Shown piece by piece: positions 7,490 through 17,615 of a DNA stretch of 61,996 nt. Source of the DNA: a virus (Duplodnaviria; Caudoviricetes); IMG/VR virus record IMGVR_UViG_3300043436_000818, positions 1 to 61,996 of that record; one strand, 5' to 3'. Below the pieces are notes generated by a model that saw nothing but the letters and a program-made list of their open reading frames with translations, did no database searches and was not told the origin of the DNA. Numbering within the stretch: position 1 is the stretch's first letter; every line of letters begins with the position of its first letter. The position numbers and the translations under genes were made by a program.

Positions 7490-8490
7490 ACCTACTACTA
7501 TTATGCGATGGAATGAACGGAGTAATCTATCATCGTATCGCAACACCTCACCTCCGTATGCAATTAATGGGATTGGCAAATGTAGACGTTTGCCAAAACC
7601 CTGCGGAGTTCTTAGACATCGATTACAAAGCATACGATTTAATTATATTCTCTCGGTGGTTAGGTGAGAAACACTATGATGTACTCAAGAAGATAGCACA
7701 GAGTGGCACGAAGTACGCGGTGGATGTGGACGATTATTGGGCTTTACCTCGTTACAATCCTGCATACCAAGCGTATCGGAAAGGAATCAAACAAGCCGTA
7801 AAGGATTCAATGCACTATGCAGACGCAGTAATTGCCACAACTCCACACCTACAATCCAAAGTATTCGAGTTTAACCGCAATTGTTACATAGTACCCAATT
7901 GCTTAGACTACGAACACGAACAATGGTCACAAGAGAAATGGAAGTCATATAACCTACGCATCGGATGGGTTGGAGGTGTAACACACTACGAGGATTTAAA
8001 GTTGTGTAACGAGGCTATAAATAGGCTACAATCGCATTATGACTTTGAGTTCTATATATGCGGTTATACCCCGAGCGAAGAATGGGACAAAATTGTCAAG
8101 TTATTCAACAACCCTAAGATAGTAGGCGGTGTGAACACCTTTGAATACGGACACGCTTATAAACACTTGGACTTTGTTATAGCACCCCTACTCAATGAAT
8201 CGTTCAACAACCACAAATCAGAGTTGAAGATATTAGAAGCGAGTGCATACCAATTGCCCATAGTGGTTAGTGATTGTTACCCTTACAAGTACTGCGAAAA
8301 CAACTTGGGTGTATTGTTTGCTGCAAACGACAAATGGGAAGATAGAATAGAAAAAATGATTCTAATGAGTGACGATGCAAGAATCGGAATGGGTCAACTA
8401 AACGGAGAGTATTCTCGTAAGCATTATAACTTAGAACATTGGTGTAGAGAGAGAGAGTTAATCTACAAGAAGATTATAAATGGAAATTGA
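7486..8490 (+). CDS. GT-B (GT4-like) glycosyltransferase
   Basis: DVDDYW, IGWVGG..H..DL, IAPL...FN..KSELKILE. Confidence 0.85.
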   Translation: MNLLLLCDGMNGVIYHRIATPHLRMQLMGLANVDVCQNPAEFLDIDYKAYDLIIFSRWLGEKHYDVLKKIAQSGTKYAVDVDDYWALPRYNPAYQAYRKGIKQAVKDSMHYADAVIATTPHLQSKVFEFNRNCYIVPNCLDYEHEQWSQEKWKSYNLRIGWVGGVTHYEDLKLCNEAINRLQSHYDFEFYICGYTPSEEWDKIVKLFNNPKIVGGVNTFEYGHAYKHLDFVIAPLLNESFNNHKSELKILEASAYQLPIVVSDCYPYKYCENNLGVLFAANDKWEDRIEKMILMSDDARIGMGQLNGEYSRKHYNLEHWCRERELIYKKIINGN

Positions 8491-9667
8491 GTACATCAGA
8501 CCATATTTAACAACATACCAACGGGAGATATTAGATGCTCCCGAACGCTATACTATTACCGCAGCATCAACCAAGACGGGTAAAACTGCATCCCATATTA
8601 TTTGGCTATTTGAACAAGCACTCACCCTCAAGACAAATCAATCTGTTTGGTGGGTTGCTCCCGTTTACAAACAAGCCGAGATTGCCTACCGAAGAATGAA
8701 AGCCCAAGTATCACACCGCGATTTCTTCCAATCCAACGAATCCAAGTTAGTACACATATTACCCAATGGAGCGAGGATAGAATTTAAGTCAGCAGAAAAC
8801 CCCGACAACCTATATGGAGAGGATGTATATGCAGCGGTATTCGATGAAGCCTCACGAGCGAGAGAAGAGAGTTGGTTTGCGTTACGTTCAACCCTAACCG
8901 CTACACGAGGCAAGTGTAAACTAATTGGAAACGTCAAGGGGAAAAAGAATTGGTTTTACAAATTAGGTGAACGAGCGAAACAAGGAGAACGAGATTATAA
9001 GTTCTTTAAAATAACTGCATACGATGCAGCGAGAGAGGGGATATTGTCATTGGACGAAATAGAACAAGCAAAACGTGATTTACCAAAGGCGGTATTCGAT
9101 GAATTGTACTTGGCTGAACCTGCTGACGATAAATCTAACCCATTCGGATTGGACAACATTGAAAAGTGCATCAGACCCGTTCAGAATAGTCAAGTAGTAG
9201 CGTATGGAGTTGACCTTGCAAAGTACACGGATTGGACGGTTATAATTGGTTTAAACGCTAATAACGAGGTAGCCTATGTAGATAGATTCCAAAATGATTG
9301 GGCAGCAACTACCGATAAGATAGTTTCTATCGTTGGAAACATCCCTGCGGTTATGGATAGTACAGGCGTAGGAGACCCTATCGTTGAGCAGATTCAGCGT
9401 AGATGCCCAAGAGTTAAGGGGTTTAAATTTACCTCAATAAGTAAGCAACAGATAATGGAGAACCTCGTAGCCCATTGTCATCAACAAAAGATATTCTTTC
9501 CATTAGACCCTATCGGGTATGAGATGCAGAATATAGAGTTTGAATACACCCAATCGGGTATAAGATACGCAGCACCATCAGGATTGCATGATGACTGCGT
9601 TATGAGTTTGGCATTAGCCTTAGAATGTAAACATACAAATCGACAAGGAACATTTTATTTTGCATAA
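8480..9667 (+). CDS. terL: Terminase large subunit (Terminase_6-like)
   Basis: ASTKTGKT Walker A variant, WWVAPVY, AVFDEA, GVDLA..D, HDDCVMSLALA. Confidence 0.93.
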   Translation: MEIEYIRPYLTTYQREILDAPERYTITAASTKTGKTASHIIWLFEQALTLKTNQSVWWVAPVYKQAEIAYRRMKAQVSHRDFFQSNESKLVHILPNGARIEFKSAENPDNLYGEDVYAAVFDEASRAREESWFALRSTLTATRGKCKLIGNVKGKKNWFYKLGERAKQGERDYKFFKITAYDAAREGILSLDEIEQAKRDLPKAVFDELYLAEPADDKSNPFGLDNIEKCIRPVQNSQVVAYGVDLAKYTDWTVIIGLNANNEVAYVDRFQNDWAATTDKIVSIVGNIPAVMDSTGVGDPIVEQIQRRCPRVKGFKFTSISKQQIMENLVAHCHQQKIFFPLDPIGYEMQNIEFEYTQSGIRYAAPSGLHDDCVMSLALALECKHTNRQGTFYFA

Positions 9668-10203
9668 TGAAATACACAATCGGACAAATACAAGAAGTAC
9701 ACTCATTAGGTGACTTAGGAAACTTAGATAAGAAAATAGAAGCGTTAGCAATTCTAACCAACCGAACTATTGACCAAGTAGAGGAGATGTCAATGGATGC
9801 TATTTTGGACGAGTTTAAGACACTCAATTTTATCCCAAGTAAGACAGAGCCTAAATTTGTTTTTAAGCACTTAGGGAAGAAATATAAACTACTTACTAAC
9901 CCATTAGAACTAAAGGCTCACCAATGGATTGAATTGCAGGAAATTTACAATGGTGACATTATCGAATCCCTTAATAAGATTATGGCGTTGTTGGCGGTAG
10001 AATCAAGTTTATTTAATCGTAAACGTGACATCGGTAAAAAGGAATTTGATAAACGATGTGAAGATTTCCTATCGTTGGATTTTGCCATTGCGTACAATTA
10101 CGCTCTTTTTTTTTCGAAAGTCTATCCCGAATTATTGAAGACTACCCTATCTTATTTGAAAACGGAAGTGGAGAAACTGCAACAGGAATTAGACCTACCC
10201 TAA
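9667..10203 (+). CDS. Putative tail assembly chaperone (G-like)
   Basis: Homolog of 38516; T9 slippery run at 10106-10114. Confidence 0.65.
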   Translation: MKYTIGQIQEVHSLGDLGNLDKKIEALAILTNRTIDQVEEMSMDAILDEFKTLNFIPSKTEPKFVFKHLGKKYKLLTNPLELKAHQWIELQEIYNGDIIESLNKIMALLAVESSLFNRKRDIGKKEFDKRCEDFLSLDFAIAYNYALFFSKVYPELLKTTLSYLKTEVEKLQQELDLP

Positions 10204-10403
10204 TATGGTTGGAGTTGGTAGATAAACTTTGCCGAGGGGATAGAACTAAATGGGATTACTTCCTACAGATGGGGTTGATTGAGTTCTTGAATACGGTTGC
10301 ATTTTATAAGTCCACCAAGAAAGAACAATCCAAGCGGTTAGAACAGGCAGCAAACAAAGGGTATCAAACCTATATCGTAGCGGTATTAAATGAGATGTTG
10401 TAA
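10106..10403 (+). CDS. -1 frameshift extension (T-like segment) of the 9667 gene
   Basis: -1 frame open from the T9 run to 10403; similar to 39001-39255. Confidence 0.7.
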
Positions 10404-10506
10404 CAAATAATAGTACAAATATGTTACGAGATTGTCGCAAAAATTGGCATAATATGCGACATAATAAAGTGTTATTTATGGCACAATTTGAATGATAATT
10501 GTGACA
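10399..10506. repeat. Three related imperfect palindromes
   Basis: GTAACA-N16-TGTTAC, TGTCGCA-N15-TGCGACA, TGGCACA-N14-TGTGACA. Confidence 0.65.
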
Positions 10507-10571
10507 TTAAATACAATTTATCGCATTAAAGTATGATTTAGGACGCATTACAACCAAAACTATTTTATAAC

Positions 10572-11708
10572 GTGAGTGTTACTATCAATCAAAAACCCGA
10601 ATTAACCACACCTGCTTACAATGATATGAATTTTGTTGTAAGCGAATCGAGTTCCGCAATCTACGAAAAAGACAATTTCAAATGGATTGGAGAGGTTGTG
10701 GTAGATTCTACTACCATCGCAAAACTAAAAGCACCTATCTACTATAATAGTACAAACAAAGGTGTGTTCAATATCGGTAGAATCTTAGAATCCTACGTTA
10801 CACACGATTTTAACCATTCCGATACATTGCCCAGTGGTTGCACAAATAGCACAAAGGAGTACAACTTCAAAGTAGGCTATGAGTATTCTACAAGCCCAAC
10901 GGGTACAGTTACCGAATACTTGAACCAAGCATCCGCAAGTGGTAGTATTTGGAACGCTGCATTAAATCCCTATGACTTTGTTTCATTCGATATCGACACC
11001 TACACCGATACTGCTCGTAAGTTCTTGACATCGGTTAGAACGCAGACAATCCACAGGACGCAAAAGGTATGGTTATACGCTCTAAGAGGTGCAGCAACCA
11101 ATTTAAGAATAGTTTACTCCGATGCGACAACTTCTACTTATACTTTGCCGAATGTGCGAATGGTACGAATACCAGTTAATTTGACTACTCCATCAGGTGC
11201 AACCTATTTTGATTGTTACTTGAGGGATGTAGACGGAGTTCAGATTTCAGAGACTTACCGATTCTACATTAAAGACGAGTGTTCCAAGTATGAGAACTAC
11301 GATTTATTTTGGTTAAATAGATTAGGTGGTTTTGATTCATTCAGATTCAATAGAGTATCTAAAACATCGCACGAAATAACACGCCAAATGTATAGGCAAA
11401 ACCCGTACACGCTTAACAATACCGCAGTAAGTTGGACGTATGGTACTGATTCTTTTAGCAACACGCAATTTTACGGGGAGAGTAAAGAGAAATTGACACT
11501 ATTCAGTAATTGGATAACCGATAGTGAGAGCATATGGTTAAGGGAATTAGTTGAATCTCCCGTTGTGTACATTTTGGATGGCTCAATGTTGCGTAGTTGT
11601 AATATCACAAACAACACCTACGAAGAAAAGAAATGGATTAACGACAAGATGTTCAACCTACAATTGGATTTAGAGTTTGCATTTGTTGACAAAGTACAGA
11701 GAAGATGA
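10572..11708 (+). CDS. Virion tail (distal/baseplate-like) protein
   Basis: Homolog of 40302 (WLNRLGGFD vs YLNNYGVYD); position. Confidence 0.65.
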   Translation: MSVTINQKPELTTPAYNDMNFVVSESSSAIYEKDNFKWIGEVVVDSTTIAKLKAPIYYNSTNKGVFNIGRILESYVTHDFNHSDTLPSGCTNSTKEYNFKVGYEYSTSPTGTVTEYLNQASASGSIWNAALNPYDFVSFDIDTYTDTARKFLTSVRTQTIHRTQKVWLYALRGAATNLRIVYSDATTSTYTLPNVRMVRIPVNLTTPSGATYFDCYLRDVDGVQISETYRFYIKDECSKYENYDLFWLNRLGGFDSFRFNRVSKTSHEITRQMYRQNPYTLNNTAVSWTYGTDSFSNTQFYGESKEKLTLFSNWITDSESIWLRELVESPVVYILDGSMLRSCNITNNTYEEKKWINDKMFNLQLDLEFAFVDKVQRR

Positions 11709-14446
11709 TAGAAATTTTAATAAATAATCAAAGAGTGGATGTTGGCGAAGTGTTCGACATCCTAATAAACAAGTCAATAGCAGACGTAAGAGAACCTGAA
11801 AAGCGGTCAAGTGATTGGACTAAGACAATTACTCTACCTGGCACGAAGAACAACAACAAGATATTCGGTCACATATTCGAGATTGAACACACGGTCTATG
11901 GTACTACTCCATTTAATTCTAATTTTAATCCAAATAGAAAAGCGAGTGCAGTAGTATTAATGGATGGATTGGAGCAGATACAAGGCTTTATTCGGTTAAT
12001 CAAAATCAAAGTAATTGACACCGCAAATATTGCCTACGAATGTTCGATTCACGGACAGACCGCAGATTTGTTTTCTTCTATCTCCGAAAAAAACTTATAC
12101 GAGTTAGATTTTAGCGAATACAATCACGAGTTAAGCATTGATAATGTCAAGAACTCTTGGGATACATCGATTAAGGTTAACAACTCAACTGTTTCTTTTC
12201 AATATGGTAATGGCTATGTATATGCGTTAATCGACAAGGACGATAGAAAGTTAAAAAGTCATTGGGTATGGTCTTTGGAAGACACAACTCCGTGTTTGTA
12301 TGCAAAGACGATTGTAGACAAGATTTTCACAGAGGAGGGCTACACCTATACCGATGATTCGTTCTTCAACACAGAGCGATTTAAACACTTAATTATCCCT
12401 GCTCCATCAGGATTGGCGGTCAATACCACCTCGGCAAATACCCGACTATTCCAAGCAACAAGAACAACTGCACAGAATATCGCTAATTACACTACTAATT
12501 GGATATTCGACAACGATTCAACGAGTGGTAATTTCGATAATGGCGGCAATTACAACCCATCAACAGGAGTTTATACAATCCCCGTAGGTGGTAATTACAC
12601 ATTTTTTGTCAATTTACAAGGCAATATCGATACAAGCGATTACGGATTTACCAATGATAAGGACATTTATCTGACAGTTGCAATCAAAGTAAACGGAAGT
12701 ATTAGAGCAACATCGGTAGTGAGTTGTGGTAGCGATGACGTGTATATGTTCAGCGGTGAGATATTGATGTTTCCTAACGTATATATGTACTCCAACGATG
12801 CAGTTTCAGTCGTTGTTTCTCGTGTGTATGACCTTGACAGACCGACTACACCGCTAATTGGTGACTTCGTGGTTAACGTAGAGGATTCGGTTTTTTACAA
12901 CAATATGTCTGCTATCAATTTTGGAACGGGTAACGTGGTTGATTTCGGTCAATTCTTCAATGCTGAGGGTAAGCAATCGGACTTCTTAGTGTCAATGATT
13001 AGGATGTTTAATCTATACGTTGAACCCGACAAGTATTTCCCAAAGAAGTTGCGTATTGTTCCACGAGATGAGTTCTACAATGAGCCAACAATTGACCTAT
13101 CTAAAAAATTAGACTATTCGCAGCCTTTGGAAATTATACCAATGGGTGAACTAAACGCCAATCCGTATTATTTGACATACAAAGACGGAGGCGATAGCGT
13201 TAACCAATCCTATCAATCGTATTACTCACAGACTTACGGAAGCCGAAAGTTTTTTATCGACAATCAGTTTGTCAAGGGTGAGAAAAAGATTGAGTTGATT
13301 TTTCAACCTACTCAGATGCGTAGTTATGGGAGCGAAAAGAACTTTGTGTTATCGTATGCACCAGGTGATAAATTAGGCTATCGCATTCTCTACTATTCGG
13401 GTTGTACACCTAATTTGAATCTATCATTAGTCACGGATTATAGTAGTCCATCACAGATTGCAAGTGGTCAACAAAACAAACTACCAATTACACTACACGT
13501 TGATTCGGTTAGTAATATGACGTTTGATTTGTCATTCGGTATGCCTCGTGAGGTCTTGTTAGGTGCAGGATATTCGTATTCTTCCAACAACCTATTCAAT
13601 CAGTATTGGTATAGGTTTATGTACGAAATTACCAATAGAAACTCCAAGATTATAAGCGGATATTTTAGACTAAGCCCTGCGGATTTTTACAACCTACGAT
13701 TTGCCAACAACTATTTTTTCGAGGGTCAATATTGGAAGTTAAACAAGGTAGAGGATTACAACCCTATGAGCGATGGAGTCTATAAGTGTGAGTTCTTGTT
13801 AAGCCAATACATACAACCATTTATCCCATCTAATAAAACGATAGGAGCGGAAACGGGAAGCGATACTATCACCAATGGTGAGACATATCCATACGGCTAC
13901 AAGTATACCACTCCCAATCAATCTTACATTAATATCGGGTTCAACAATGACGATGTAAATCAGTCAATGGGGATTATCAACGCATCGGGAACGTCTGCAA
14001 GTGATTTATCCTATAACAACACCATATTAGGCGGTAATGGTAATTACATCCCACCATTAATCAACAATAGCACCCTAATAGCGTGTGATGATTTTACACC
14101 TACGGAATCCGATACTTTATACTACGGAAACTACAAACTTTATCCATTATGGGTTAGTGCAGGTAAAGTTCAGACGTTAACGGCTAATCATACCGCAACC
14201 ACTACGGATTGGTTGTTTCTATGCGATACAACTACAGGTGCAATCACTATTACTTTACCCGACCCTGCAGGATTAAGCGGTAAGCATTGGATATTTAAAA
14301 AGATTGCATCAAGTCACTCTGTAAAAATTGACACCGCAGACGATAGTACAATTGATGGGTCTGCAACATTCACGATGAACGGCAATAATGAAACACATTG
14401 GATTGTGACCGATGGGAATAATTACTATTTAATAGCAGACAAGTAA
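11705..14446 (+). CDS. Large minor tail protein
   Basis: 913 aa, beta-rich, homolog of 41411, fibre-like C-terminus. Confidence 0.7.
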   Translation: MIEILINNQRVDVGEVFDILINKSIADVREPEKRSSDWTKTITLPGTKNNNKIFGHIFEIEHTVYGTTPFNSNFNPNRKASAVVLMDGLEQIQGFIRLIKIKVIDTANIAYECSIHGQTADLFSSISEKNLYELDFSEYNHELSIDNVKNSWDTSIKVNNSTVSFQYGNGYVYALIDKDDRKLKSHWVWSLEDTTPCLYAKTIVDKIFTEEGYTYTDDSFFNTERFKHLIIPAPSGLAVNTTSANTRLFQATRTTAQNIANYTTNWIFDNDSTSGNFDNGGNYNPSTGVYTIPVGGNYTFFVNLQGNIDTSDYGFTNDKDIYLTVAIKVNGSIRATSVVSCGSDDVYMFSGEILMFPNVYMYSNDAVSVVVSRVYDLDRPTTPLIGDFVVNVEDSVFYNNMSAINFGTGNVVDFGQFFNAEGKQSDFLVSMIRMFNLYVEPDKYFPKKLRIVPRDEFYNEPTIDLSKKLDYSQPLEIIPMGELNANPYYLTYKDGGDSVNQSYQSYYSQTYGSRKFFIDNQFVKGEKKIELIFQPTQMRSYGSEKNFVLSYAPGDKLGYRILYYSGCTPNLNLSLVTDYSSPSQIASGQQNKLPITLHVDSVSNMTFDLSFGMPREVLLGAGYSYSSNNLFNQYWYRFMYEITNRNSKIISGYFRLSPADFYNLRFANNYFFEGQYWKLNKVEDYNPMSDGVYKCEFLLSQYIQPFIPSNKTIGAETGSDTITNGETYPYGYKYTTPNQSYINIGFNNDDVNQSMGIINASGTSASDLSYNNTILGGNGNYIPPLINNSTLIACDDFTPTESDTLYYGNYKLYPLWVSAGKVQTLTANHTATTTDWLFLCDTTTGAITITLPDPAGLSGKHWIFKKIASSHSVKIDTADDSTIDGSATFTMNGNNETHWIVTDGNNYYLIADK

Positions 14447-16032
14447 TGAGTACAATAAAAACCGCGATAGAACTTGAGGTTAAAGAACCTAACCTCAAAG
14501 GATTTAGGCAGCAACTTCGGGAGTTGACATTAGCCGCACAAGAGGCGGTTGTTAAATTTGGGGAATTTTCACCTGAAGCGCAAGAAGCAGAAAGACGTGT
14601 TGCAGAGTTGCGAGATAGGATGGATGATTTCAATGACCGAGTTGCAGCGGTTAACCCTGATAAGTTTGCTCAAATTAATACGGTTGTTAGTGGTGTTGCT
14701 CGTGGATTCCAAGCGGCTCAAGGTGCTATGGCTTTATTCGGTAGTGAATCAGAAGATTTACAAAAGACTTTAGTACGATTGCAGGGTGCTATGGCATTGG
14801 CGGAGGGATTAGAGGGATTGGGTAAAGTACAACAACAATTTGGGGCAATTGCAGGAACAATAAAAGGTAGCGTAGTTAAGGCATTTTCGACTTTAAGAGG
14901 TGCAATTATAGCAACGGGAATTGGTGCTTTAGCGGTTGGACTTGCCTTAGTCGCTGCCAATTTTGACAAGGTAAAGACTGCAATTCTAAATATGTTCCCA
15001 TTCTTGGAAAAGTTTGGGAAGTTTATGGGTAACTTAATACAACGATTTACTGACTTCGTAGGAATAACATCGGAAAGCAATAGACAATTAGAGAAATTTA
15101 ATAAAACTACGAACACTCGTATTTTATTAATGGATAGAGAGATTGAATATCTACGAGCGCAAGGGAAAGAATTAGAAGCCTTTGCAAAAGAACGTGAAAA
15201 GTTAAATCTACAATTAGCACAAGCACGAGCAAACTATGGTAAAAACGCAGAAAAGGAATGGGGTAAAATTATTGGAGATACGAAGAACGCTTTACGAATC
15301 TTAGAAGTTAATGAGCGTAACTATTTAGCGGAACAGGCTAAATTAAGAGCAGACGCAAGGGCAAAAGAACTTGAAAAAGAAAAGCAACATCGTAAAGACT
15401 TAGAAGATGCCTTATCAGATATTCATCGTAAAGGCTTAGAAGAACGTAGTGCATTAGATGCGGAAGTATTAAGAATCTCAAGAACTACACAAGCACAGAT
15501 AGTTGTTGAATCACAACAATTAGAGGCAAGTAATTTGGAGCGTATGCGTATGTTTTGGGGTGCGCATTACACCGAGATTGTAGATTTAACAAGTCAAGCA
15601 TTTGGCGCAATTACTACTTTAAATCAATCGTTTGAAAAACAAGACGAAGCCTCAAGAAAACGAGCGTTTGAGAATAACAAAAAGTTACAGATTGCCAACA
15701 CAATTATAGGTACTCTTAATTCTATTGTTTCAATCTTTGCAAACGCTGCAAAAAATCCTGCATCTATTCCATTCCCTGCCTATCCTTATATACAAGCATC
15801 ATTGGCAGGTGTTTACGGATTTGCTAACGTACAACGCATAAGAAACACGCAATATAACGGAGGTAGTTCTGCTCCATCTGCTCCAACAATCGGAGGTTCT
15901 GCACCTACAATGACAAGCGGAAGCACACTAAATGAGAACACATCAGGCAATCAAGTATTCGTTCTTGAGGGTGATATCAGACGCACTCAGCAACGTGTAG
16001 GAATGAATAGAGGTGTATCAGTTGTCGAATAA
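14446..16032 (+). CDS. Tape measure protein
   Basis: Ala-rich helical, ATGIGALAVGL hydrophobic stretch, coiled coils. Confidence 0.75.
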   Translation: MSTIKTAIELEVKEPNLKGFRQQLRELTLAAQEAVVKFGEFSPEAQEAERRVAELRDRMDDFNDRVAAVNPDKFAQINTVVSGVARGFQAAQGAMALFGSESEDLQKTLVRLQGAMALAEGLEGLGKVQQQFGAIAGTIKGSVVKAFSTLRGAIIATGIGALAVGLALVAANFDKVKTAILNMFPFLEKFGKFMGNLIQRFTDFVGITSESNRQLEKFNKTTNTRILLMDREIEYLRAQGKELEAFAKEREKLNLQLAQARANYGKNAEKEWGKIIGDTKNALRILEVNERNYLAEQAKLRADARAKELEKEKQHRKDLEDALSDIHRKGLEERSALDAEVLRISRTTQAQIVVESQQLEASNLERMRMFWGAHYTEIVDLTSQAFGAITTLNQSFEKQDEASRKRAFENNKKLQIANTIIGTLNSIVSIFANAAKNPASIPFPAYPYIQASLAGVYGFANVQRIRNTQYNGGSSAPSAPTIGGSAPTMTSGSTLNENTSGNQVFVLEGDIRRTQQRVGMNRGVSVVE

Positions 16033-16047
16033 AACTATTTAATTACG

Positions 16048-17037
16048 ATGAAATTACCAGTTTATAAATTAGACATCAACGAATTTGATGAAGATAGCGG
16101 AATAGATTTTATCTCTTTGGTCGAAGCACCTGCAATCCAAAAGGACTTTGTAGCATTTAACCAAGCCTTTGTTGAACCCAAGCCAAACGAATCGGAGGAA
16201 GAATTTATATCTCGTTGCATACCCATATTAATAGGAGAGGGTAAAGAACAAGCCCAAGCGGTTGCAATATGCTATTCATATTTAGAGAAAAAGTTTGAAT
16301 CATATACGGACTATCCCGAAGCCGCTAAAGAGAACGCTAAACGTGGTATTCGATTGAACGAGGAATTAGGCAATAAATGTGCAACGCAAGTGGGTAAAGT
16401 AAGAGCGCAACAATTAGCCAATAGTGAGCCTATATCAGACGAAACTGTGAAGCGTGTATATTCCTACCTATCACGAGCAAAAGAGTATTACAAACCATCG
16501 GATGATACCGCTTGTGGTACAATCTCCTATCTACTATGGGGTGGTGAAGAAATGTTGAGATGGGCTGAATCTAAATTGAACTTTAATAAATTCTCAATCA
16601 CCAATGAAGAAAAGCGAATAGTTAGTGGTGTGGCAATGGTTGCAGATTTACCAATTTATCGGAGGGATTCTGTTCGCGGTGAGTATTATGTAATGTTCGA
16701 CAAAGAGGCTATTTTCAAACTTGCGAAGAAATGGGCAAGAAATGGTAAGTATTCAAGCGTTAACCAACACCACGAAAGCGAGGTTAAAGGTGTTCACTTA
16801 TTGGAATCCTACCTAATAGACAGAGAACGCGGTGTTAACCCTCCTATGGGCTTTGAAAAGATAGCCGATGGTTCTTGGTTTGTGTCCTACTTAGTAGACA
16901 ATGACGAAGTTTGGGCAAAAGTAAAGGACGGAGAATTTAAGGGATTTTCAGTTGAGGGTATGTTTGACTTCGTAGACGAGGAAACCGAACTTTACAACAA
17001 ATTAAAACGTGTTGTTAGTCAATGGAATGGGCAATAA
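16048..17037 (+). CDS. Prohead protease (XkdF-like serine protease) with inserted domains
   Basis: ISLVEAPAI, VNQHH, GSWFV, FKGFSVEG. Confidence 0.85.
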   Translation: MKLPVYKLDINEFDEDSGIDFISLVEAPAIQKDFVAFNQAFVEPKPNESEEEFISRCIPILIGEGKEQAQAVAICYSYLEKKFESYTDYPEAAKENAKRGIRLNEELGNKCATQVGKVRAQQLANSEPISDETVKRVYSYLSRAKEYYKPSDDTACGTISYLLWGGEEMLRWAESKLNFNKFSITNEEKRIVSGVAMVADLPIYRRDSVRGEYYVMFDKEAIFKLAKKWARNGKYSSVNQHHESEVKGVHLLESYLIDRERGVNPPMGFEKIADGSWFVSYLVDNDEVWAKVKDGEFKGFSVEGMFDFVDEETELYNKLKRVVSQWNGQ

Positions 17038-17074
17038 AACTATAACAATTTTTACACTTTAATATTTTACACAA

Positions 17075-17611
17075 ATGAACTCTAAAGAAGTTTTAACCGA
17101 AATTAGGTCATTGCTTGGATTCTCAAGCGAAGAACCTAAAACAGAGGTTGAGTTTGCGTCTGCAACCTTGACCGATGGAACTATTATTAAATGGGAGGGC
17201 GAATTAGCCGTAGGTACTGCAATTCTTGTAGAAACCGCTGAGGGTGATATTCCTGCTCCCGATGCAACTCACGAGGTAGAGGGTGGAATGTTGGTTACCA
17301 CAATGGATGGTATCGTAACTGAAATCGTTGAACCCGAAATCGAAGTTGAAGTTGAAATGAACGCTTTTGATTCTGCAATCGAATCTGTTAACCTAAGAGT
17401 TGACGAAAAAATCGCAGAATTAAACTCAAAGATTGACGCTTTAATCGCTGAGAAATCTCAAGTAAAAGAGGCAATGTCTAAAGTAGTTTCATTGGTTGAG
17501 GCATTAGCCGAAATGCCAAGTGCTGAACCTACTAAAACTCCTATCGCTCCAAGCAAGAAAGAGCAACAATTTGAAAATCTTTTAAAATTCGCAAAATCAA
17601 TTAACAAATAA
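17075..17611 (+). CDS. Scaffold protein (putative)
   Basis: Acidic coiled coil between protease and capsid genes. Confidence 0.7.
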   Translation: MNSKEVLTEIRSLLGFSSEEPKTEVEFASATLTDGTIIKWEGELAVGTAILVETAEGDIPAPDATHEVEGGMLVTTMDGIVTEIVEPEIEVEVEMNAFDSAIESVNLRVDEKIAELNSKIDALIAEKSQVKEAMSKVVSLVEALAEMPSAEPTKTPIAPSKKEQQFENLLKFAKSINK

Positions 17612-17615
17612 AACA

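Noticed and set aside
16168-16578. Intein in the protease or portal
   Set aside because: No Cys/Ser start, His-Asn end or recognisable HINT motifs
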